Shown one piece after another: positions 11,201 through 23,117 of a stretch of 64,000 nucleotides of DNA (position 1 is the first letter of the stretch; every line of letters begins with the position of its first letter). The position numbers were made by a program, and so were the translations under genes. Origin of the DNA: Callorhinchus milii (lineage: Eukaryota); contig NW_024704743.1 of NCBI RefSeq assembly GCF_018977255.1, positions 25,484,001-25,548,000 of the forward strand. Direction: 5' to 3'. The notes under the pieces were generated by a model that saw only the letters and a list, made by a program, of their open reading frames with translations, did no database searches and was not told the origin of the DNA.

Positions 11201-14200
11201 TTGAGAACAGCCAATTTACACTAACCTTATCAAACCCTTTCTTAATTTTAAACAACTGTGTTACGTCCCCCCTTAAATGTGTTCTCAAGCAAAAAAAAAG
11301 GCCTTACCTATTGAGTCGTTCCTGATAGCAGTAACCTGCCAGACCTGGTATCAAACTGGTAAATGTTACAAGTCACCCAGTCACCACAAAGTTGTTAGTT
11401 CTCTTTTTTGCCTTGTTTCCAGTTCCAGAGATAGTGGAGGAGACCTTTAACCTCATCGAAGAAGGGAAGTTGCTCTTAGCGCATCGAAAGCTAATGGACC
11501 TGGAGCGTTCCCGAGATGACCTGATGTACGAACAGTATCGGATGGACAGCAAGAACACTCGTGATATGAACCTCATCCAGGTTTATTTTCGGAAAGTAGA
11601 GAAGTTGTCTGAGGCGATGGGCAAGCAGATATGGATGATGGTACAGAGAGCATCGGTCACAGTCCGCCAGGACCCGACTCATCTCGTCTCCTTGATTCGA
11701 GTCATTGAACGAGAAGAAAAACTTGACAAACGGATGCTGGACAGGCAGAAGCAGACTGGCTTCATTCCTCCCGGGAGGCCGAAGAAGTGGAAAGCCAAGT
11801 TGTTCGAGATTCTAGAACGGACCGTTAACAACCGAATCGAAGCCAGTCAGGCAGAAACCAGGGAGTCGGACAAAATGTGGTTGGTGCGTCACCTGGAGAT
11901 TACCCGCAAATACGTGGTTGAAGACTTGATAGTTATGAAGAGCTTCATGGTGCAATGTTTCCCTGTTCAATACAGAATTTTTGAATGCTTCCTGAACTTG
12001 TATCACCAAGCGCTGGCAGCCCGCGTCCAGGAACTTACCATGGAGGACCTAGAGGCCAATGAAATAGTTTCGCTTCTAACCTGGGTTCTGAACACCTACA
12101 AGAGGCAAGTTTTACATAGGGTGTGTGGGTGTGTGGGGAGGGGAGGGAGGGCGAAGGTGGGGGGGGTGGCACAGAATAGAGCGTGAGACTGGGATTTTTC
12201 TCTTATCTGGGTTGTTTCCCAATTCTGAGCCCTATTAGCAGTGATATTTGGGATGGTAGGTGGCGGTCGGAGGTGGGTGAAGGTAAGATGCCGGACAAAG
12301 GCAATTGCCTTTCATGATATGGGGGGGGGGGAAGTGTAAAAGACCAGAGAGAGTGACAGAAAAATATATTACCAAACAAATAGGCCAAGTGTTTTAAAAA
12401 AAGTAGTGGACATGGGGCCAATGGCTTTATTGACCCCTGAAGTGAGTGAATCAAAGCAGCTAACCTCAAGATGTTTGGCAGCAATTCAGATTCTGACTTA
12501 TTCCTGTTGAATTCAGGACAGTGATGTTAGACTATGCTTTTCTGTGGCAGCAAAATACAAATGCTACTGATAACAAAACCCAAATAGATAAAGGCTACCA
12601 GGTTCTCTCTGTTGTGATATGTTCAGGGTTGCCCTAATTCAAATCCTGCTGAATCTTCACTTCTATCAATGTTTTTGTCTCATTTTATTTCATGTCCTAT
12701 TTTGTAGTCCAGAAATGATGAGACACCCAGATCTGGTTCCAGAGGTAGACGTGAGCACCTTACAGCCCCTGCTCTCATCTGAAGTGATTAATCAGCTTCT
12801 TGGCAAATATATGACCACACTTACTGTGAGTACACAACTTGTAACGTGTGTGTGTGATACCAAGATTACAACGTTTCTGGAAAGAAATCTACTTGATGTT
12901 TTAACCTAATTTGTTGCTTTTGGTTTGTCAGTAAAAGAATGGATGAACATAAGGGGACATTAATGTCTTAGCAAATCCAACAGGGTATGTGTGAAACTGA
13001 GACTTCATTTCCTCATAGCCAGTTACTAGGAGGATTTTTGCTGCCACAACTAATATTGGAGTTGTATTTCAAAACCTTAATTTTCTCCTCCACCAGATGT
13101 TTGGCTGTGCCATTACTCATTAGGCCAATGTGGGAGGTACATTGGCACATTGTCTAGTTTGAATAAATAATGTGTTGTGTCTGCCGGTATGGTCTGACAT
13201 GGTTATGTGCATACTTTTTTGTGTGGTCTGACTGACATATTTGTGTGTTCCCATGTGGCAATCCATCACGTTGCTTAAGAGTATCCAAGCCAAACTGAGA
13301 ATTCTACATGTGTATGCCACCCTGTATCTAGAATGGAATATGGACTCTGTCTGTCCTGGAGGGGATGCACCCTGCTTACTTAATTCTGGAGAGTATTAGG
13401 TGCAAGTTGGTAAGAGCCAAGGCTTGGGACTCCCAAGTGCATATTGGAGTATTGGTGGAGTTTAACCAGCTAAAACGTTGAGCGCTTAAACTTTTCTAAG
13501 TGCTTTGAGACGTCCTCTTGACGTAAAAGGTACTCTATAAATGTAAATAGTACCACCACCACCCCCCCCCCCCCCCCCCCCCCCCCAACTCTCCCAGGAA
13601 GACTTCTCGACATTTTATCTGCAATAACAAAGATCTGTTATACTAATACTAATACTGAGGAAAATCTAATTATCTTGAATTATTCAACTGCATGCCTTTT
13701 TAAAACTTTACAGTCCAACATTATTGGCTGGTTACGAAAAGCCCTTGAAACGGACAAGAAAGACTGGAAAAAAGATCAAGAACCAGAGGCAGATCAGGAT
13801 GGATATTTCCAGACTACACTGCCAGCTATTGTATTTCAGGTAACTATTCATTTAATACTGTGGTTAGTAATCCATAGTTTTCACTCTTGAAATTCATTGC
13901 ATGTTTAAGGTGTCGCGAAAGACAATTATGTATTTTCTGGCACCATCCTGACTTACTATCTTTTGACGCTTTTATCCCCTCCACATTAGGACGGAGTCTT
14001 TTACAACAGTGAAAAAAATGTGCTGTAGTCGATATCTTAAACAAAGAATCATAAAATATTCAGTACAAGGTATTGCCTATGCTACCATGTTTAAATTGAT
14101 ACATCAGGTCTAAAGCTGTACCATGGGAATTGCTGCTTTAGTAATCTCCTGCTTTCGCCTAACTAAGTTATATACACTCAAATCGTTTAATTGTTCTCCT

Positions 14201-17200
14201 TATCTAACATTTCTGGTTTCAGATGTTTGAACAGAACCTGCAGGTAGCTGCTCAAATCAATGATGACCTAAAGCTTAAGATGCTGTCATTATGTCTTCAG
14301 CAAATGAACTCTTTTCTTAGCAGGTGAGCAGCACCGTTCTTCTTTATTCAAGCCTGTTTGCCATTAAGTTTTAGCCAGCCCATTTAGCAGTGGCCAAGAG
14401 GAGTGAAATGAGCTCTATGCCCAATTCTCATTTCTAAATGTGGGCTCCAGAATTCTGGAGTTGTATGTGTGATGACATTTATTCAATAGACTGATGTGGA
14501 AATACATTCTGGTGGTTATGCACCCACTTAATCTTTACTTTAAACCAAACCTTACTTTATTATTCATCTTACTGGGATTAGTTGCTATCTGATTGTTAGA
14601 TTCACAACTTTTATTTTGTTTGTTGGTGCTAAGATTTTAAAAATAGTGATTGTCTTGAAACTTTGGAAGGCAGAATTCTCCAGATATCAATCGATTTTCA
14701 GAAAAATGCTCTTGTTGACCAAGGTCTGTAAATTTACTGATGACTGGAGAATCCTCTCTCAATTGGATTACAAAGCTTCTTGATGTGAATGGGGAGCAAG
14801 ACAGATTTTGCATGTATAGTGCATCTGATTTGTCTATAATGGGGCTTTTCTCCATTGACCAGATATAGAGAAGAAGTGATGCTTTATAAAGAAGACCACT
14901 TGAAAGATCGCCAGTATCCTCAGTTCTACATTCAATACATGATCGCAGTCGTCAACAACTGTCAAACTTTCAAGTGAGTGTAAAATCTTATTAAAATTGT
15001 GACTCTTAAACTCATGTACATTTGCACTGCAATGAACAGCTTGTCACATTGAAACTTCCCTTTTAGATTTTTTAAAAAGTGGATTAAAGTTAATAACTAA
15101 GAAAGAACGCCCTACCTCTGCCACTTATTAAAACATCACCAACCTGTCCTCTCCCTCCACTCTACAGGCACTGGCCTGCTCCACGTTCCCCGCCCCGCCT
15201 GCTCCGCTGTCAGCGGATGGGCCTTCAGCCTTTCTGCCCCCACCGTCTGGAATTCCATCCCGTAGCCCCTCCGCCTCGCCTCTTCCTTGCTTCCTTCAAG
15301 GCCTATCTTAAGACTTTCTTTTCGATTGTGCCTTCGATCATCTTTCTCCACCCCCCAAGCTCTCAGCCCCTGTCTGATTCCAACCCGCAACTCAGATGCA
15401 AACCCCTCATTGTCCAGCGACTTGGGATGTCTTCCCAAGATGAAAGGTGCTAAATAAATGTAATTTGTTGTTGTAATGGAGAGTGCTTACCGTTACAATT
15501 GAAATGATAAGTGCATGGTACCAGGTCATTACTGGTGGCCCTGTAGTGTGTGAAAATGATCAGAATCGCAACTTTATCAGGACATTTGGAGATTTGTTCT
15601 TGTGTTGCAAAAATTCTCAAGATTCTTGAAAGGTGCCCCTTTTCCATTTGTTGTTGGTTTAAAATAATGCATTCTGCTTACTACAGAGAGTCTGTCAACA
15701 GTTTAAGGAGGAAGTACATGAAGAGTGAAATTGAGGATGAGACAACTATAGAGGCAACTCTAGAAGTCATAGCTAAAGAGGCTTGCTCCTACCTTCTGAA
15801 TGAAGTCTTCCTGGATCTGGAGGTTGGTGCATGCTGAAATGTATCTTCATGTACAGATCGACATTATTGTGATGCTTGTTTTGATAAATGTTGAATTTGA
15901 AGACCGAATATCAAAATCACATTTTCTAAATGGATGGAGTGTTTTATACAAAGACTATGCAAATTGATTTGATTTTGTTTGAAAATAATGTATGATTATT
16001 AATCGGGTTTGATTCCCGGGCGGGCCAGGTCAGGGCAAAAGCGCAGGCAAGTTTCCTTACTCCACACGCACCTGTTTACCAATGTTAGGTAGATTGGCGG
16101 ATTGCTTTTCCAAGGGTAATAATCCCTCCATATAAAAAAAATTGGTCACTCAATCCACGATGTTTGTGGGACACTGCTGTGCTTTTGCCCACAAAACACA
16201 CAGTCACTATACTTTACTGTATAACCTGTGAAGCGCTTTGAGACGTCTCAACGACATGATAAGGTGCTGTATCGAATGCAAGGATTATTATTACTGTTAC
16301 ATTCAGAAGACTAACGGGCCATAAATTAATGCATGCTAAGTGAATTTCTGATGTATTGTCTTCTCTTGGAAAGCAAGAGGTGAAGGTGGGCACTAACTGT
16401 TCCCTTTACGACACACATACACGTAACAGGGAGGAGGAAATGAGCAGAACTGTTGTACCCTGGCTGGCTGGTGAAGTGCTCTGAGAGTCTTCTTTCAGAG
16501 TGGTATTTCCAGTGCTTTTGGTATTCAGTAAACCTGCAGATTAGGAAAGTGTTCGTTTATAATTTATAATCAGGCCTTTTTTCTTTCAAGCAACCTTATC
16601 CTGGTTTATAATTCAAGGGCAGATTCTTTAAAATCAACCTCGCCTCTAACATTCTCGTTGCCTTTTGTACTTTAAGCCCAGACCTAGACTAAGTTGCAAC
16701 TTACAATCTGGCTTCATGAGTGGACGAGGTGAACTACATATGGCAGAGCTGTTTCGGTTTACAATTTCTGAGTAATGTTAACATCAAAATGATTTATTAC
16801 AGCCTCATCTCCAGGAACTGATGACTAAAAAGTGGCTTACAGGCTCCAATGCAGTGGATACAATTTGTGTTACAGTCGACGATTATTTCAATGACTTTGC
16901 AAGGATTAAAAAGCCCTTCTGCAAGGTATGAATTAAACTCACTTTCAATTAAATATAGTGTTCCTTTTAGAATCATTAAGAAGGCTGCTTCTTTGTAGAG
17001 TGCAAGGATATTATCTCTTTTTTTTAAGTTTTGAATATTCTAAACGATGTTCCGTACTCAGTTGTAGATAAACTGAGATGTTGGAAGCCTATATTGTACT
17101 CAGTTTATTTATACACAGTACAGTTTACTTTTGTAAAGTTCTTTCATGTTGGGAGGATGTCTCAAAGTGCTTAACACTGCTGGCTGAGCACCCAAGTACC

Positions 17201-20200
17201 TGGCCGGTAGTGCTCTGTACCACCTGGAAAATAAAGGATTTATAGAATAATACTAATATCTTACAGGGGAATTCTGGAATAATTGATTGCATTTGTGGCT
17301 ATTAAAACTAATAGGTGTTTTTAACAGACCACAGTGACAATTTTATTCTGTTTATTTGATTAAATATTCTGCCGTTTCTAATTTGGAAGGATGGACGTCT
17401 TACTACTGATATGTATTAAAAGAGGATCAAAGTTTGTATTTTAAAGAATGCTATCATATTTCTGACCTACAAGCTCTTTGCAAACAGGTCTCTGATGGGG
17501 CAAGACTTTTTGTAGGTGGGCTCTACTTTATGCAGTTTCACATTTTTAGAAAATGCATTTGTCACTGAAACTGGACCAGACAGTTTCAGGGAACAAATTC
17601 AATGGGAACAGTTATATTGTAAAGAACTGCTGTACACTACTCTCTGCAACTATTTGTCGTTATGTGAACTGGCTGTATTATATAAACTGTTTTGGTTAGC
17701 AGAATCTTTCAGATGTTTAAATGGATGGGAGGATTAATATCATTGCCCTGCTCCTCTCGCCTTTTTTTGCAGGCAATAACAAACGAGGCCCATCGCAGAG
17801 TAGTGGTGGAGTACATCAAAGCTATGATGCAGAAAAGAATAACCTTCAGGGGGTCAGAGGAGCGCAAAGAGGGGGCTGAGAAAATTATCAAGGAGGGAAA
17901 TCAATTTCGATTCTTGTTTAGGAAGCTCTCCACTGTAAGTCTGTTTTCGTCTCCTTTCATACGTGTGAACTATTGTTTGGATTGTGCGTTTATTCATCGA
18001 TATCTTTATCTCTGGAGTCTGTTTCAATGATTCATGAGATTGTGCATGGATTATGTCAGGGTATCAGTGGTGACGACTAAGGTATTTACTTTGTCATCTT
18101 TTGATCCAAGATCCAACTCCCACCCCACAAACTACTCTGCAGCTAAGAAAGAAGCGAAGCTTCTTGGTGCCAGGTTTCAGTCAATGCTGTGCTGTATCTA
18201 ACTGCTTGGAAGCAGCTCAGTAAAATAATGCCCTTCCAGTTTCAAACTTGCTCTCTTCAAACTAGACCAGCACTCAGTGGCTTCCTGAGTTTAAGAACTT
18301 TGCCTGGGAACTTTTGTGCCCAGGCTTGCCACTGTTGAGCACCACCATATTGGATTATCCTAGAGCAGGCCTCTGGTTCGAGAAGTCTCGAAATAGGAAC
18401 AACGTAAATGAAGACCCAAAACATGAACATTTGTTCTGAGCTGTCACAGTGGTGCAGCATGTTGATGTCGCCATGCGGCTTTGTAGCGTGAGCATGTGTG
18501 ACAGAGAAAGATGGAGATTTACCACTCCCGCCCTGCTGAATCACTAATTTCCACTCTACTGTGGGAAACCTTTGAGTCTGTACCTTGCATCTCTGCTTAG
18601 GAAGGAATGGAAAAATTGGAGTCTGCAAATCCTCAGCTGTGAGGTGCATTAAGGCTTCTCCAGGGAAACAGGGAAGGTGGGTAAAGGAAGAAAAAAATAC
18701 ATTAATCAAATGTATACGTGTTAGTATATAAATATTACTTTATACCTATAGATTTGACTGATATTGCACCATAGCACTATTTGTGTAGATATGTGCTGCC
18801 AAGATGTTCAAGCTTAACTTTCTTTTATGTAGGGCTTTGGTGAGGACGTTGAGGTGCTGTGTGATGCTATTCCAGCTTTGGCTGAAGTCCTCAAACTTAC
18901 TGATCCATCTTTGCTGTGTCTTGAGGTGTCAACATTGGTTAATAAGTATCCTGATGTCAGGTGAGATCCCCAGTGTACTGCTAACATTATTTTATTGACA
19001 TTGTCCCTATCAATAGTTGTGAGAACAGGCTTTAGTTATAAACAGTGCACTAACTTTGTTCTCCCCACTTTCAACTTTGGTCTGGACCGCATTTGGCTAC
19101 TCTTGCTTTTGAGGAATGAATTGCCTGTGGACTGGAGATATCAAAGAAGAGAGGATTTACCAAAACTAAGAACCCAATACTTGGATCATTAGTAAACATA
19201 TCAATCCATGAGTTTATAGAACCATAGGAATTTAAACACAGAAGAATGCCATTAGGCCCACTATGTCTGCTGGCTCTTTGAAAGAGCATTCCACTCAGTC
19301 CTAGTTATTTGTTTTTTCCCTATATCGCTGCAAATTCCTTCTAAGATATTTATCTAGTTCATATTTGAAAACTAATACTTGCTCTCCCTCAACCACTGCA
19401 CTCAGAAACATTATATTGTTTTAAGCTCACACAAAATTGGTAAGTTTACTGACCAGTGGAGAATCAGAGAAGCTTGCATGACAAGATCAATAAATTTAAG
19501 GCAAATAGAGGAGAATGGTCCAGTGAGCAGAGCTTAAAGCACTTTCTTGCATTTCATCAAACTATCGATCTGATTATTTTAAACAAAAAAGTCACCTGTG
19601 AAATCAAAAATACGATCTGTGAAGAGCAATTCATTACTATATTAATCTTCACCTCACAAGAGTTTATAATCAAATTGCCCGCAAGGTTTGAATCCCAGGA
19701 ACCAGGTGTGGTATAGTTTATTGGTATCTCTTTCCCCTCTGTCTTTTCCCTGCAGGCTGCTCGGTGTTACCTTTGAAGTTTGACAACCTGATGGATAACA
19801 CAATGAGTGCCCTAGCCCCTCTCCCACCTCTGCATACCTCTAGCCCTGCAGCCTCCATGCCTGTGGGTTGACCATACCCCACTAACCGCCTGCCTCAAAT
19901 CTCAGAGTGTGCATCTTGAATGCTGCCCCCAACCCCAACCCGAGCTGCTTTTCCCCCAAAATGCTCCCTACCCTGCAACTCTCGTGCTCTGTTCTCTCTC
20001 TCCGTCTCCTTGCCTCCTATCCCCACTTGACCGTCACACAGCCTCTCTCTGCTCCAGCCTGGGATTCCTCTGTCGGACTCAACGTAGTACTCGACATTGA
20101 CTGTCCAGCAGCAACCCCATTCCTCACTATCACCACAAGCCCCGCTGGATCCAAACCCAGATCCCGAGGGCTAACCTCTCCTCCCTCATCCACATTCGCA

Positions 20201-23117
20201 CTCTCCCTGCCAATCCTCCCACCAGCCCCTCTCATCTTACACATTCTTCTGCCAACTGTCTCCTCTGCATCGGCCTACAAAATGTCCACTCCCTTTCTCA
20301 CAAGGCTCTCACCATCAACGACATCATCGTTGATGAAAACATCAATATCATGGCTTTCACTGATACCTGGATCACCCCAGGCAACACCTTCACTCTGACA
20401 GGCCACTCCACCTGGCTACAGCTTCCATCATACCCCACGTCCTAACCACATGGTGGTGGTATGGCCCTCATCTCCAGGTCCTCACTTGCTCTGTACCCCT
20501 ACTCCTCCGGCTCATTCCCCTCCTTCGAGCACCTAAGCCTCTACCATTCCTCCAATTTTTCCCTCAAAATTCTCCTGATTTATCGTCCCCCAAACTCTCC
20601 CCCATCTTCATCTCTGACATCTCCGCCCTCCTAGCTTCCCTCTGCCTCTATTCTGAACACCTCCTGATCCCAGGCAACTTCAACCTGCACTTAATTCCCT
20701 CTTGCTCCACCTCCACCGATTTCTCCTCTCTCCTCTCACGACCTCTCCCTCCATATCCACTCTGCCACCCACTCGATCTGGTGCTTACCCAGGGCCTCTG
20801 CCTCAGACCAGACAACCACCGATGAAGCCATCCCAGATCAATATTTAATCTCTCTTAACTCCACAATCCCTCTCCCCACCGCCACCCAACCCACCTCCAT
20901 CTCCTACCGACCCTGGAAAAGACTCTTCGCGCACTCCCTCTCCACTGCCCTGGAGTCATCTGAACTTCTCCCCGCTGGCCTACCTCCTGCACCGGCCTAT
21001 CCTCCTCGGTCACTCTCCACAACTCCCTCTCCACCATTCTCGATGCCCTGTCCCCCCTCACCTCCTGAATCACCTTCTGCTCACCCTGGTACACCAGCCA
21101 CCTACATTCCCTCAAGGGTCAGGTGCATGCCGCCAAACACATGTGGCTCAAATCTGATATAACGGTCCACCGGCAGATCTGGCTGGACCACATTAAAAAC
21201 TGACCACTCCACCCTCACCTAAGCTAAATCATCCCTCCTTTCCAAGGTAATCTTGGAGGCCAAGGTCAACCCCAGGTTCCTTTTCTTCACTACCAACTGG
21301 CTGCTTCATACACCTTCTCACGCCTCGCTCATCCTCTCCTTCAACTCCCAACTGCGAGGAGATGCTGGATTTCCTCAAGACCAAAATCGAGGGGATCCGT
21401 TCAGCCACCTCCGCCTTTTCATCCGCCACCCCCTCCCCATCGCTCCCTCACACTCCGGCCCTTACCCATTCCTCCCTCCACAATTTCGAACCTGTCAACT
21501 GGCACCGATCCCACCCTGCTAAAAACAGCTGTCATCACCCCTATCCTAAAAAAAACCTTCTCTGGATCCATCCCTGCTCACAAACTACTGCCCCATCTCT
21601 AAACTCCCTTTCCTTTCCAAGGTCTTTGAAAGCATTGTTGCTTCCCAGCTTCACTCCTTCCTCTCCTGCCATTCACTTTATGAACCCTTCCAATCGGGTT
21701 TCCGTTCTGCCCACAATATGGAAACAGCCCCACTCAAGGTGTTTAATTAGATTCTGTCCATCTTGACCAGAGCTCTCCATCTCCTCGACATCTGCTGCCT
21801 TCGACACTGTGGACTACTCTATCCTCCTCCACCTCAACCTTCAAGTTTATCTTTGAATGGTTCAGACCTACCTCTCACACTGGCTCCACTTTGTCTCTGC
21901 AAACTTTCCTGATTGGCACATGACAGTGCCTCCGCATTTCAGGCACTGGCAGCATCAGCATCCATGGATGCACACTCCACCTCACCAAGCTAGTCAGGAA
22001 CCTGGGCGTCTTCTTCAACCCTCAGCTGTCCTTTCTACCCTATATCTGTGCATAACCTGCTCTGCTTTCTCCCACCTCCACAATATTGCCCGACTCTGCC
22101 ACTGCCTCACCCTCAGGGCACCAAAACCCTCATACCTACCTTCATTATTGTATCCAGACTCGACTATGTCAACTCCCTGCTTGTTGGCCTTCCCAACTCT
22201 TCCCTCCACAAGCTGCAGATCATCCAGAACTCTGAACTTCGTGTCCTCTCCCGCATCAGGCTCTGTGACCCTATCACTCCCATCCTCACCCAGCTCTTTA
22301 TCCCTCAGAGAATCAAGTTCAAAATCCTCATCCTCACCTTCAAGACCCTCCATGGCCTTGCCCCCTCCTACCTCTCTGACCTGCTAACTCTTTATCAACC
22401 TGTCCGCTCCCTCTGCTCAGCAGGCTTCGTGTCCCTCGCCTGGCCAGCCCCACCATCGGCGGTTCAGCCTCTCTGCCCCCACCTCCTGGAACTCCATCCC
22501 ACATTCCCTTCGCCTCGCTCATTTGCCTCCTTCAAGGCATGCCTCGAGACCCCTTCGACGGAGCCTTCGGCCACCCTCCTACCATGTCTGCCCTCCACCC
22601 TTCCTGATCCCAACCGCCTCCGCTCGGGTCCTAATCCCTGACTGTTCAGCACCTCGGGACATCCTCCCGACATGAAAGGTGCTTTACAAATGTAATTTTG
22701 TCTTGTATAACCCACTGGTGAAAATTTTCACTCAGTGCATTGTTATTTGTTAAAAATTGGTGCCTATTGATTTGTTTTTCTTTCAAATGCTGTCTTACAA
22801 CTCCTCTTGTGTTTTGAGCAATGCACAGTTTTCCAATAATGATTTTTTTCCAGCTTATGGTACTCGAGAACTGATTAAGTTTTAAATCAAATTGTGGTGT
22901 ATTCTTACTTTATTGTCTTAACTATTTTCACTTTGACTGCTCCAGGGAAGAGCACATTACAGCGCTGATGGTGATGAGGGGTGATGCCAACAGGGACATG
23001 AAACAGACGGTCATCGAAACATTGCTGCAAAATGCAACTCATCCTGGTCCTAACTTTCAACCAATCTTCAAAGATATTCTGGTCCCATCTATGAGCCTGT
23101 CAAAACTAGTCAAGTGA
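8076..23117 (+). CDS. EXOC3: Exocyst complex component 3 (Sec6), 12 coding exons, 740 aa
   Basis: Join 8076-8219, 9214-9433, 11423-12104, 12708-12825, 13714-13839, 14223-14323, 14863-14973, 15687-15822, 16803-16925, 17773-17934, 18833-18960, 22946-23117 = 2223 nt, open frame, phases consistent. Peptides [59 protein letters not shown] and [28 protein letters not shown] match vertebrate EXOC3. Confidence 0.97.
9214..9433 (+). CDS. EXOC3: EXOC3 coding exon 2
   Basis: tttcag|GCAGCT (AAIQSQLDG...LKNIFS) G|gtaatt. Confidence 0.95.
10122..10456 (-). mobile_element. Young tRNA(Ala-TGC)-derived SINE with L2-type tail
   Basis: A box TAGCTCAGTGG, anticodon arm CTCGC-TTTGCAA-GCGAG, B box GTTCAATTCC; (TTA)n tail; AATATCT flanks both ends (10115-10121, 10457-10463). 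Confidence 0.88.
10464..11050 (+). mobile_element. CR1 LINE 3' fragment, interrupted by an inserted piece at ~10586-10730
   Basis: AGAAGGTTGAGGGGTGATCTGATTGAGGTTTTTAAAAT ([13 protein letters not shown]) followed by CR1-type 3' sequence. Confidence 0.75.
11423..12104 (+). CDS. EXOC3: EXOC3 coding exon 3 (682 nt, GC donor)
   Basis: ttccag|TTCCAGAG (VPEIVEET...WVLNTYK) AG|gcaagt. Confidence 0.93.
12708..12825 (+). CDS. EXOC3: EXOC3 coding exon 4
   Basis: ttgtag|TCCAGAAATG ([10 protein letters not shown]...YMTTLT)|gtgagt. Confidence 0.93.
13714..13839 (+). CDS. EXOC3: EXOC3 coding exon 5
   Basis: ttacag|TCCAAC ([12 protein letters not shown]...AIVFQ)|gtaact. Confidence 0.95.
14223..14323 (+). 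CDS. EXOC3: EXOC3 coding exon 6
   Basis: tttcag|ATGTTT ([12 protein letters not shown]...NSFLS) AG|gtgagc. Confidence 0.95.
14863..14973 (+). CDS. EXOC3: EXOC3 coding exon 7
   Basis: gaccag|ATATAGA ([13 protein letters not shown]...NNCQTF) AA|gtgagt. Confidence 0.94.
15687..15822 (+). CDS. EXOC3: EXOC3 coding exon 8
   Basis: ctacag|AGAGTCT ([10 protein letters not shown]...EVFLDLE)|gttggt. Confidence 0.92.
16005..16292 (+). mobile_element. tRNA-derived SINE (longer subfamily)
   Basis: GGCAAGTTTCCTTACTCCACAC body and GTGAAGCGCTTTGAGACGTC...CAAGGATTATTATTA tail. Confidence 0.8.
16803..16925 (+). CDS. EXOC3: EXOC3 coding exon 9
   Basis: ttacag|CCTCAT ([32 protein letters not shown]...FCK)|gtatga. 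Confidence 0.95.
17773..17934 (+). CDS. EXOC3: EXOC3 coding exon 10
   Basis: ttgcag|GCAATA ([14 protein letters not shown]...FRKLST)|gtaagt. Confidence 0.95.
18833..18960 (+). CDS. EXOC3: EXOC3 coding exon 11
   Basis: atgtag|GGCTTT ([13 protein letters not shown]...NKYPDV) AG|gtgaga. Confidence 0.95.
19900..22705 (+). mobile_element. Long decayed L2 LINE (APE endonuclease plus RT remnants, internally deleted) in the last EXOC3 intron
   Basis: Remnants [64 protein letters not shown]; multiple frameshifts; 3' stem-loop tail at ~22650-22705. Confidence 0.85.
22946..23117 (+). CDS. EXOC3: EXOC3 last coding exon
   Basis: ctccag|GGAAGAG ([20 protein letters not shown]...LSKLVK*). Confidence 0.94.

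Noticed and set aside
19740..19760. Strong acceptor-like sequence ttttccctgcag in the last EXOC3 intron
   Set aside because: No matching donor or homologous peptide; the EXOC3 CDS is complete without it and it lies at the edge of L2-derived sequence.
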